Below, piece after piece: positions 1-8,366 of a DNA stretch of 64,000 bases. Source of the stretch: Myxococcota bacterium (GTDB lineage: Bacteria > Myxococcota_A > UBA9160 > UBA6930); NCBI GenBank assembly GCA_028285625.1, contig JANQOX010000019.1, positions 80,538 through 144,537 on the forward strand, given 5' to 3'. How positions within the stretch are numbered: position 1 is the stretch's first letter; each line of letters opens with the position of its first letter. Below the pieces are notes generated by a model. It searched no databases, was not told the DNA's origin, and was given only the letters and a program-made list of their open reading frames with translations. Position numbers and translations under genes: made by a program.

Positions 1-114
1 GCGCCCTCCGAGTCGGCCCCGACGGCGCGCAGACACTCGCGCGTCGGCGCACCGTCGGCGCCCGCGGGCTACCCTGCGGCCGGGCGTCGGAGGGCGCCCG
101 TGGGGGGAGATCAC

Positions 115-1593
115 ATGAACCGAGGGCTGCTCCGGGTCCTGGCCGTTTCCTGCGTGCTCGTCGCCACCTGGACGGTCGGCACCACCCAGGCCTGGGCGAA
201 GCTCCCGCCCCCCGGACGCTGCCCGGATGCGAGCGGCGAACCGGGGGGAGAAGCGCGCGGGCAGGACCAGGGCGGGCCGCAGCTCGAGGTCGGCCAGCGC
301 CTGGGTCTCGACGACCTGCTCCGGCTCCGGTCGCTTCTGCCCGAGGAGATCTGGGACCACCGCGAGGTCTTCTTCTTCGAAGGCATGAACATGGAGCTCG
401 GTGCGTGCCACCGCCGCTACCCGCCTTCGGACTTCTTCGTCGAGGCCACCGAGCGTTTCCGCGGCCAGACGCGGCTCGACAAGAAGGGCAACCTCGACGG
501 CTACGTCGCCGGCCTTCCCTTCCACCCGGACGACATCGACCCCGAGGAAGAGCACGCCGCGCTTCGTTGGGCCTGGAACTTCGAGCACCGCTACCGCGGC
601 GCCGGACCGTCGGGCACGTTTCGCATCTTCGACCTGCCCGGACGCATCGGCAAGCCGATGGTCTACGAGGGCTCGTTCTTCCTGCTGCGCACGGGCCACC
701 GCGCCGATCTCGAGGCTTCGGACTACCGCGTATCGGAGTCGAAGCGGACGCTCTGGGTGGGCGGAGGCGAGTTCGAAGAGCCGTTCTCGGCCCGCCACCT
801 CGCCTGGCGTCAGATCCGGGGCCGCGACACCGCCAAGAACTGGAAGAAGCCCGACACGACCTTCGTGTACGTGCCCACCATGCGCAAACCCCGCCGCGCG
901 GCGAGCGCCTGGGTCGATGGGGTCTACACCCCTCGCTACCGGGTGTCCGGCGACGACGGCGGCGGCCCCCTGCCCTTCGCCACCAACCCGGGCGAGTTCG
1001 GCACCGGCATCGACTCGATCCAGCCCACGGCCGGGCTCTCGATCGCCGCCACCGAGGACATCCGGCGCGGGTTCACGGGCCTGCAGATCCGCCCCAACGC
1101 CTACGACTGGACCCTCGTGGGCGAGCGCGAAGTCCTGGCCCCGCTCAACGGCTATCGCCAGGGCTGGCCGACCTTCGCCGACCGCAACTACGGCCCCTCG
1201 GGCCTGTCGGTGGCGAGCGACCGCTGGGACGTTCGATGGGCCGTCGTGATCGAGGGGCGCGCCCGGCGCATCGTGGACGACGTGGGCGTGGTTCAGCTCT
1301 GGATCGACTACCAGACGCAGCAGCCCCTCTACATGATCAACCGCCGCAAGAACGGGTTCTTGCTGGACATCGGCATCCTGGTCCACCGCTTCAGCGGCGA
1401 CCAGCCGCAGTACCCGTTCTACCCGGGTGGAGAAGCCGCCAACGTCTTCGACACCACGGCGGCCGTCTTCTACTGGGTGCCCGGCGGCGGCGGCGGCTGG
1501 CGGCGCGAGTCGTTCGACGTGAAGTCGCTGCCCCTCGACCCCAAGAAGATCCGCAAGTACACGACCACCGACGAGTTGATGAAGGGCAAGTAG
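115..1593 (+). CDS. DUF1329-family secreted protein (LolA-like periplasmic/outer-membrane associated)
   Basis: Signal peptide ending AWA; YVAGLPF, WNFEHRY, YVPTMRKPRR, YDWTLVGEREVLAP segments typical of DUF1329; GGAGA RBS before ATG115; neighbours two DUF1302 genes. Confidence 0.7.
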   Translation: MNRGLLRVLAVSCVLVATWTVGTTQAWAKLPPPGRCPDASGEPGGEARGQDQGGPQLEVGQRLGLDDLLRLRSLLPEEIWDHREVFFFEGMNMELGACHRRYPPSDFFVEATERFRGQTRLDKKGNLDGYVAGLPFHPDDIDPEEEHAALRWAWNFEHRYRGAGPSGTFRIFDLPGRIGKPMVYEGSFFLLRTGHRADLEASDYRVSESKRTLWVGGGEFEEPFSARHLAWRQIRGRDTAKNWKKPDTTFVYVPTMRKPRRAASAWVDGVYTPRYRVSGDDGGGPLPFATNPGEFGTGIDSIQPTAGLSIAATEDIRRGFTGLQIRPNAYDWTLVGEREVLAPLNGYRQGWPTFADRNYGPSGLSVASDRWDVRWAVVIEGRARRIVDDVGVVQLWIDYQTQQPLYMINRRKNGFLLDIGILVHRFSGDQPQYPFYPGGEAANVFDTTAAVFYWVPGGGGGWRRESFDVKSLPLDPKKIRKYTTTDELMKGK

Positions 1594-1621
1594 CCGCTCG
1601 CTGCGCGCCCGGGCCGCTGGC

Positions 1622-4555
1622 CTAGAACGTGTACCGCATCCGCAGGAACACCTCGTCGCGTTCCTTGATGGCGGACAGGCCGCGATAGGCGGTCTTGGCG
1701 TTGAAGTCTCCGCCATTGTTCGCGAGTGCCAGCTGATGCAGGGAGACGGGTGCCTTCTGCGGATTGCCCCAGAAGGTGGCGACGCCGAAGGTGATCGAGA
1801 AGTCCTGATCGAATCGATACGTGATCGACGGCAGGATCCCACCCGACCCCGAGCCGACGTCGTAGACCAGCACCGCCGACGGAAGCAGCCGGTCCTGGAA
1901 GTAGCCGGTGGCCACCGCCATGGTGAACAGCACGTTCAGGGGCCCGTTGCTCGTGAAGGTCTTGTCGTGCTCGGGGATCCACTGGAAGAACCACTGCGTG
2001 TTGAAGAAGAACGTGCGGTTCGCGTTCAGGAAGTTGATGAAGGTGGGGCGGTCCATGGACACGGTCAGGTTGAAGACGTCGGCGCGCTGGTTCTGGCTGC
2101 GCGACTCGTAGCTTCCGAAGTAGGCGTCAGCGACCCAGGTGAACTCCATGTTCCAGTTGGTCTTGGTGACGTCTTCGGCAAAGTCGGCCGACAGGCCGAA
2201 CGTGTTCACCTTGGGATAGCGGAGCAGCGCCTGGCCGCCGCCGTGCCAGAAGAAGTCGCGCCGCCCGTACTGCCCGTTGCCGCCCGCCTCGATGTCGGGC
2301 CGCTGCACGCCGGTCACGGCGAGCACCGTGTCGACGGTGCCGCAGTTGCGCAGCGTCGTGATGTCGCAATCCTCGTCGCCGCCCGCGATCGAGAGCAGCG
2401 CCAGGACGCGCCCGAAGTTGAGCGAGATCGCCTCCATCTCGCTGCGGAACGTGCGACCCGTGCGGTTGTCACGGATCACGCTCGCCCCGGCGCAGAGCTT
2501 GTGACCGGGGCCCACGCATCCGTCGATTCGCGGGTCGTAGCCGCGGTCACCCGGACCACGCGACCCGGGCAACATCCGGACGACATTGCCGATCAGCCGC
2601 GTCCCGACCGGCGCGTTGGGCTCGAGATGCGGAAAGGCCTGGATCAAGACGCTGGCTTCTGCGTTGAACAGGTCGATCCCGTCGAAGTCGCAGTTCGTCT
2701 GGTAGTAGGGGCCGCAGCCCAGGAGCGCCTCCTGCTGATCCGTGAGCACGACACTCACGCCTCCGAAGGGAACCCGCGGATCGGAGGGGCCATCGTTGAC
2801 GTCGATGTTGAGCGGCCCCGCGAATCGGCAGTCGTTGGGAATGCCGAACCCGGGAGCCGGGCACGGGGCGCCCAGGGGCGCGTCGGGATTGGCGAGCGCC
2901 TCGCCCACGATCTCGCCGATGATCGTCCCCGACAGCATCTCACCGATGGCGCTTGCCGGGCTGAAGGGGAAGGCGGGCGGAAGCCCTGGGAGAACCGCCG
3001 AGGAGTTCAGGAGGTCGAGCACACAGCTGTCTTCGAGCGCCGGAAGCAGCGCGCCGGCGATGCCGACGGTGGCCGAGCACGCGACGTCGAAGAACTGGCG
3101 GTTGCCCGGGTGCATCTCGCGTGCGTTGCCCGGGGTGAGCGGCTCGCCGCGCACGTCCAGCGGACGTCCGGTCCGCGGATCGACGTTGCGCGAGTAGTAG
3201 TTGAAGGCCTCGAGCACGGGGCCGTCCACGTAGCCCCAGTAGTCGGTGAGCGCGAAGCTGAAGCGCTCCCAGCGCCATTCGAGGCGCCCGCCGATCTCGA
3301 CGCCGCGCACGTTGTTCCACGGGTCGGGCGGCCGGATCTCGCCCGCGAGCCCGAGGCCCAGCGCCCCGTGGCCCCACAGGCCCAGCGACTTGCCGCACAC
3401 CAGCCACACCGTGTACGGCTCACCGCAGCGCCCCAGGTCGGTGGGCTCGAAGTCGTCGACGTTGGCGGCGACCTCGATGCGCACGTCCTGCAGCGGGCCC
3501 ACGTCGTAGAGCGACCAGACCGCGCGCACGGCCCAGAGCGCGATGCGTGACTCCTCGAGGGACGGCAGCGACGAGAGGCCGATGTCCTGGGGGTTGAAGT
3601 TGTCGGTGGTGCGGAAGAGCTCGGTCTTGCCCCAGACGATGTTCTGCAGGCCGGCCCGCACCCAGAGCCGACTGTCGAACATCTCGAAGTCGAGGTAGAG
3701 CTCCTTCAGCTCGTAGGTGTCCTGCTGGGCCGCCCCGTGGTTCCACTGCAGCGACTCCTGGGTGAAATTCTGGTCGAAGGGCCCGAACTTGTGCTGCACG
3801 TCGAGCAGCGGCTTGGACGGGATGTAGAGCCCCTGGGCCGCACGCCCATTGCCGTTGGTACTGCCGATGGAGGGCCGCATGGGCAGGCCCGCGGTCACGT
3901 TGGGAACATCGCGCAGCACGCCGATGGGCTGGATCTGGCTGCGCGTGCTCCAGGGGCCGAGCTGGGTACTGCCGTCCTCGCGCGTCCCGTTGGTTCTCTT
4001 GAAGGCGAACAGGTCGTCCTTGATGGGCGCGAGGGTGCCGTCGAGGTTGGTGGCGCCAGCCTCCACCAGGGGCGTGAGGAGCGGCGCGGAGAAGATCGTG
4101 AGCAGGTCGGAGGAGCCGCCGTGGATCGCCCGGGACTCGCTCTGGCAACAGCTGTTGGCGGTGAAGGTGCCGGTCACACCATCGCGCCAGTTGCTGGCGG
4201 GAGCGCGCTCTGCCCGGTCGCCGAAGTGCCGGTAGCTCCCCGCGATGCCGCAACCCGAGAAGGCGCACTCGAAGCGAAGCTCGACCCGCGCGAACCCGGT
4301 GACCAGGTCGAACGGGCCGAATCCGTCGGGCGCGATGTCGGCCTCGATCTCGAGGTTGAGCTGGTTGGCCCACTGGCTGAAGTACCAGTTTCGGGCGTCG
4401 AAGTTGTCGGAGAGGTACCGCAGCTGCAGCCCGAAGAAGCCGTGGGCCTGCAGGCGGCCATCGAACCACTCGAACGCACGGGCGGGGCCCGCATGAGCGA
4501 GACACAACAGGATCGCCGCAGTGGCCAGCAGCCACTGCGCATGGGCGCGCTTCAT
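1622..4555 (-). CDS. DUF1302-family outer-membrane protein, long Cys-rich form (paralog 1)
   Basis: Signal peptide ending ARA; LKELYLD, RAGLQNIVWGKTELFRTTD; C-terminal beta-signal RMRYTF; start set at MKRAHA. Confidence 0.7.
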   Translation of the reverse strand: MKRAHAQWLLATAAILLCLAHAGPARAFEWFDGRLQAHGFFGLQLRYLSDNFDARNWYFSQWANQLNLEIEADIAPDGFGPFDLVTGFARVELRFECAFSGCGIAGSYRHFGDRAERAPASNWRDGVTGTFTANSCCQSESRAIHGGSSDLLTIFSAPLLTPLVEAGATNLDGTLAPIKDDLFAFKRTNGTREDGSTQLGPWSTRSQIQPIGVLRDVPNVTAGLPMRPSIGSTNGNGRAAQGLYIPSKPLLDVQHKFGPFDQNFTQESLQWNHGAAQQDTYELKELYLDFEMFDSRLWVRAGLQNIVWGKTELFRTTDNFNPQDIGLSSLPSLEESRIALWAVRAVWSLYDVGPLQDVRIEVAANVDDFEPTDLGRCGEPYTVWLVCGKSLGLWGHGALGLGLAGEIRPPDPWNNVRGVEIGGRLEWRWERFSFALTDYWGYVDGPVLEAFNYYSRNVDPRTGRPLDVRGEPLTPGNAREMHPGNRQFFDVACSATVGIAGALLPALEDSCVLDLLNSSAVLPGLPPAFPFSPASAIGEMLSGTIIGEIVGEALANPDAPLGAPCPAPGFGIPNDCRFAGPLNIDVNDGPSDPRVPFGGVSVVLTDQQEALLGCGPYYQTNCDFDGIDLFNAEASVLIQAFPHLEPNAPVGTRLIGNVVRMLPGSRGPGDRGYDPRIDGCVGPGHKLCAGASVIRDNRTGRTFRSEMEAISLNFGRVLALLSIAGGDEDCDITTLRNCGTVDTVLAVTGVQRPDIEAGGNGQYGRRDFFWHGGGQALLRYPKVNTFGLSADFAEDVTKTNWNMEFTWVADAYFGSYESRSQNQRADVFNLTVSMDRPTFINFLNANRTFFFNTQWFFQWIPEHDKTFTSNGPLNVLFTMAVATGYFQDRLLPSAVLVYDVGSGSGGILPSITYRFDQDFSITFGVATFWGNPQKAPVSLHQLALANNGGDFNAKTAYRGLSAIKERDEVFLRMRYTF

Positions 4556-4801
4556 CTCGGCCGTTCCCCTCCGTGCGGGCCGAGCCCGCGTCGGACCCGC
4601 CGGATCCGTTTTTTGCGATTGGAGCACGGCCATTGAAACCCGACGGGGGCCCAAACATCAACCGAATTGCGAACGAACCGACGACCGAACCCGTCGAACG
4701 CGTGTACGCGAACGAAGTGCCAACGCAAAGCGGTCGGCACCCAGGTGGGTGCCGGCCGCCGTAGCCTCGGGTGAGACCCCCGATCGGGGCCCGGGTTCAC
4801 C

Positions 4802-7800
4802 CTAGAACGTGTACCGGATGCGCAGGAAGATCTCGTCGCGCTCCCGGATCGCCGAGAGGCCGTTCTCGACGAACGTGCTGTTCCGCGTCCCGCCGATCGA
4901 GTTTCCGATCGAACTCGGGCGCCACGCCAGCGATCGCTGCTCCTGACGGCCACCGAAGATGCCGAGCCCCACGCTGGCCGAGAAGGCCTCGTTGAAGCGG
5001 TAGGTCACCTGCGGAAGGATCGCGCCGGAGTTCGACCCGAAGTCGTACACGAACACGAGAGAGGGCAGCAGCCGGTCCTGGAAGTAGCCCGTGTTCACCG
5101 CGAAGGTGAAGAACACGTTCCAGGGTCCGTTGCTGGTGTGCCCCTTCGTGTAGCTGTTGATGTACTGGAAGAACCACTGCGTGTTGAAGAAGAACGTGCG
5201 GTTCGCGTTCAGGAAGTTGATGAACGTGGGGCGGTCGGCCGACACCGTCAGGTTGAAGGTGTCCACGTCGCGCAGGCCGTCGGCCTCGTCCACCGTCGAG
5301 AAGGGCTGCCCCTCGATGTACGTGAACTCGAAGCTCCAGTTCGACTTCGAGACGTCCTCGGCAAAGTCCACCGAGACGCCGAACACGTTGCGCTTCTCGT
5401 AGCGGAGGTACAGCTGCGCACCGCCCGCCCAGATGAAGTCGCGACGCCCGAACGAGCCGCTACCGCCGGCGCGAACGTCCGGTCGACCCACGCCGGTGAC
5501 CGCCAGGAAGCTCGAGACCGCCGAGCACAGGCCCGGGTTGCGGAACGAGCAGCGGTTGGCGCCCATGGCGTTGTTCGGATCGAAGCCCGTACCGTCGCTG
5601 GCGGTCGAGTTGGTGACCAGCAGCATCAGGAAGTTCCACGAGAAGATCGCCATCTCACTGCGGAAGTTCTGACCGGTGAACGGGTGCACTCGCGGCGAAC
5701 CGGGGATGCCCCCCGGCACCGTGAACGAGGTCACGTCCGGACCCGTGAGCGAGCCGTCCTTGTTGATCGAGTAGCCCGGATCCCCAGGGCCCCGGCAGCC
5801 CGGCAGGATGAACGCCCGCCCGCGCTCGAAGCGCGTGCACGGCGTCGCTCCCCCGAAGCCACGCGTACCCGGCTGGGCCAGGCGGCGGTTGGTGGTGTCC
5901 CAGGGGTTGCCGTTCTTCTGGTAGTTGAACGTCTCGGTCGAATCGATCAGCGGGAACGCCTGCAGGATGGCACTGGCCTCGGCGTTCATGAGGTCGATGC
6001 CGTCGTTGTCGCAGTTCGTGCGATAGAAGGGCCCGCAGCCGAGGAGCGCCTCCTGCTCGTCGGTCAGGTAGGCCGAGAGCTGCGACGGCCCGAAGGGCGC
6101 CAGCAGTCCGGTCAGCGGCGTGAAGGGCCCGTCCTGCGGATCGCGCGACAGCGGCACCAGCGGCGTCGGGCACGAGCCCAGGAACGCCGTCCCGGCACAA
6201 CCGTCCGGAATGGCGGCTACGAACCCGCCCAGGAACCGCTGGACGTTCGGGAACCGGGCCAAGGCCGCGTAGGTGCGCGCATTGAATCCGCCCAGGGCCG
6301 CGTGGATCGCCGCACCGGAGAACGCGTTTCCGAAGCCGTTCTGGCCGCCCATCACGAGCGCGAGCGCATTCGCGATCGGGAAGCCACTGGCGATGTTCTT
6401 GCTGTTGAAGACGTTGAGAGCGCAGGCCGTGGGATCGAGATCCGAGAAGCCCACGGTCGTGGCGCAGATCACGCCGAACAGCTGCTGGTTCACGCTGGCA
6501 TGGCTCAGCGACTCGCTCACGCCGAGGCAGGCCTCGCCCGCCCCGTTCTTGCAGCGGCGCTGGTTGTCCAGCTCGCTGCCCTTCCGCGGGCGGCCCGAGA
6601 GCGGGTCCACGTTGCGCGAGTAGTTGAACAGGCGCTCGGCGATGCCGCCGTCGCCGTATCCGTACCAGTCGCTGATCGCGACCGAGAACCGGTCGTAGCG
6701 GAACTCGATGCGGGCGCCGATCTCGATGCCCGAAATGTCGTCCCAGGGCTTGGGCGGCCGCACCTCGCCAGCGAGGCCGAGTCCCACGACGTTGTTCGCC
6801 GTCAGACCGAAGCTCTTGTCGCAGACCGGCAGCGGCGAGTAGGGCTCACCGCAGCGGCCGAGGTCGGTGGGCTCGAACTTGTCGAAGTTGAGCGCGATCT
6901 CGAAGCGGAAGTCCTCGAGCGGGCCCACCTCGTAGAACGACCACACGGCGCGCGCGGCCCACAGGGCGATGCGCGACTCTTCGAGAGACGGCAGCGACGC
7001 GAGGCCGAGGTCCTGCGGGTTGAACTGGTCGGTGGTGCGGAAGAGCTCGGTCTTGCCCCACACGATGTTCTGCTTGCCGAGCCGCACCCAGAGGCGGCTG
7101 TCGAACATCTCGAGGTCGACGTAGAGCTCCTTGAGCTCGCGCCAGTACTTCTGGCTCGCGCCGTGGTTCCAGGCCAGCTGGTCCTGGTTGAAGTTCTGGT
7201 CGAAGCTGTCGAAGCCGCCCGAGCTCAGTCGTCGCGCCAGCTTGTGGTTCGGGATGAAGAGGCCCTGGGCCTCGCTGTTGGGCGCCTTGAAGTCGATGCC
7301 CGCCAGGCTGCGGCCGCCGCCCACGAGGCCGTTGGGCCCGAAGTGGCGATAGTTGGGCGCGGGGCGGTACGGCAGGCTGAGGCCGCCGCCGTCCGTACCC
7401 TTGAAGGGATTGGGCAGGATGCGGGCCTGGTCCGGGCCCTCGATCTTGCACTTGGGGTCCCACGGGCCGAGCACGCGCACGCCGTTGCCGTTGGCGGAGC
7501 CCTTGGTCTTCTGGTGGTTGAAGTAGCACTTGTCCTTGCCGAACAGGCCGAGCTGCTTCCAGACGTTGGTGGCGGGATCAAGCCGGGTGTTCGCGTCTTG
7601 CCGGGCGGTCGCCGAGGTAAAACCCTCGAAGCCGGCGATGAACGGGAACCCGATCACCTTGCGCGAGTCGCCGGGACGCGGCCCGCCCACGCCGGGGCGC
7701 GGTCCCGCGCGCCCGTCGTTCGAGTTGAGCGAGTCGTGGTCGTGCACGCGGTTGTACTGGCGGACGTCGCCGGTGAAGGCGTTGCCCGAGAAACCACTTC

Positions 7801-8191
7801 GATGGCCTCCGGTCACGCGCTGGGCCTGCCGCCCGTCGTTCCCGTTGCCGTACATGTTCACGCTGGGGAACATCCAGCAGCCGTGACGCCACACGCAGTC
7901 GTATCGGGCTTCGACGCGCGCGAACGCCGAGACCAGGTCGAACGGACCCCAGCCATCGGGCGCGATGTCGGCTTCGATCTCGAGATTGAGCGTGTGATAC
8001 CACTGCGTCATGTCGAGATCGTTCGCAGGGTGGAAGTCTTCTTGGATGGCCCGGAGGGTCATCTCGTAGTAGCCGTGGATCTGGAGACGTCCGTCCCAGA
8101 ACTCGAAGGCCTTCGCCTGCGACCCCACGAACAGCAACACCACCACCGCACAGACCAGCTGCACGGGGCGCACCCCGCGTGTTCCCCTCAT
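4802..8191 (-). CDS. DUF1302-family outer-membrane protein, long Cys-rich form (paralog 2)
   Basis: Paralog of 1622-4555 (RLGKQNIVWGKTELFRTTD, FINFLNANRTFFFNTQWFFQ, terminal RIRYTF); AGGAGG RBS. Confidence 0.7.
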   Translation of the reverse strand: MRGTRGVRPVQLVCAVVVLLFVGSQAKAFEFWDGRLQIHGYYEMTLRAIQEDFHPANDLDMTQWYHTLNLEIEADIAPDGWGPFDLVSAFARVEARYDCVWRHGCWMFPSVNMYGNGNDGRQAQRVTGGHRSGFSGNAFTGDVRQYNRVHDHDSLNSNDGRAGPRPGVGGPRPGDSRKVIGFPFIAGFEGFTSATARQDANTRLDPATNVWKQLGLFGKDKCYFNHQKTKGSANGNGVRVLGPWDPKCKIEGPDQARILPNPFKGTDGGGLSLPYRPAPNYRHFGPNGLVGGGRSLAGIDFKAPNSEAQGLFIPNHKLARRLSSGGFDSFDQNFNQDQLAWNHGASQKYWRELKELYVDLEMFDSRLWVRLGKQNIVWGKTELFRTTDQFNPQDLGLASLPSLEESRIALWAARAVWSFYEVGPLEDFRFEIALNFDKFEPTDLGRCGEPYSPLPVCDKSFGLTANNVVGLGLAGEVRPPKPWDDISGIEIGARIEFRYDRFSVAISDWYGYGDGGIAERLFNYSRNVDPLSGRPRKGSELDNQRRCKNGAGEACLGVSESLSHASVNQQLFGVICATTVGFSDLDPTACALNVFNSKNIASGFPIANALALVMGGQNGFGNAFSGAAIHAALGGFNARTYAALARFPNVQRFLGGFVAAIPDGCAGTAFLGSCPTPLVPLSRDPQDGPFTPLTGLLAPFGPSQLSAYLTDEQEALLGCGPFYRTNCDNDGIDLMNAEASAILQAFPLIDSTETFNYQKNGNPWDTTNRRLAQPGTRGFGGATPCTRFERGRAFILPGCRGPGDPGYSINKDGSLTGPDVTSFTVPGGIPGSPRVHPFTGQNFRSEMAIFSWNFLMLLVTNSTASDGTGFDPNNAMGANRCSFRNPGLCSAVSSFLAVTGVGRPDVRAGGSGSFGRRDFIWAGGAQLYLRYEKRNVFGVSVDFAEDVSKSNWSFEFTYIEGQPFSTVDEADGLRDVDTFNLTVSADRPTFINFLNANRTFFFNTQWFFQYINSYTKGHTSNGPWNVFFTFAVNTGYFQDRLLPSLVFVYDFGSNSGAILPQVTYRFNEAFSASVGLGIFGGRQEQRSLAWRPSSIGNSIGGTRNSTFVENGLSAIRERDEIFLRIRYTF

Positions 8192-8292
8192 GACCCCTCC
8201 TGCTGCCCGGATTGCGTGCGCCCGAGCAAGGCGCGTTCCCCCGGTCGGTCAGGCGGGCCATCGGCCCGTTCCCCCCTGTCCAACCATCTGCA

Positions 8293-8321
8293 TTTATACG
8301 CGGAACCCGCTGCCGAAACAA
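8293..8321 (-). promoter_or_regulatory. Putative sigma70 promoter for the DUF1302 genes
   Basis: Minus strand TTGTTT-17 nt-TATAAA in an AT-richer patch about 100 bp upstream of ATG8191. Confidence 0.5.
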
Positions 8322-8366
8322 TGGGATTTCGTGGCCGACCGCCCCACGGTCGCCACCCGACCGGCC

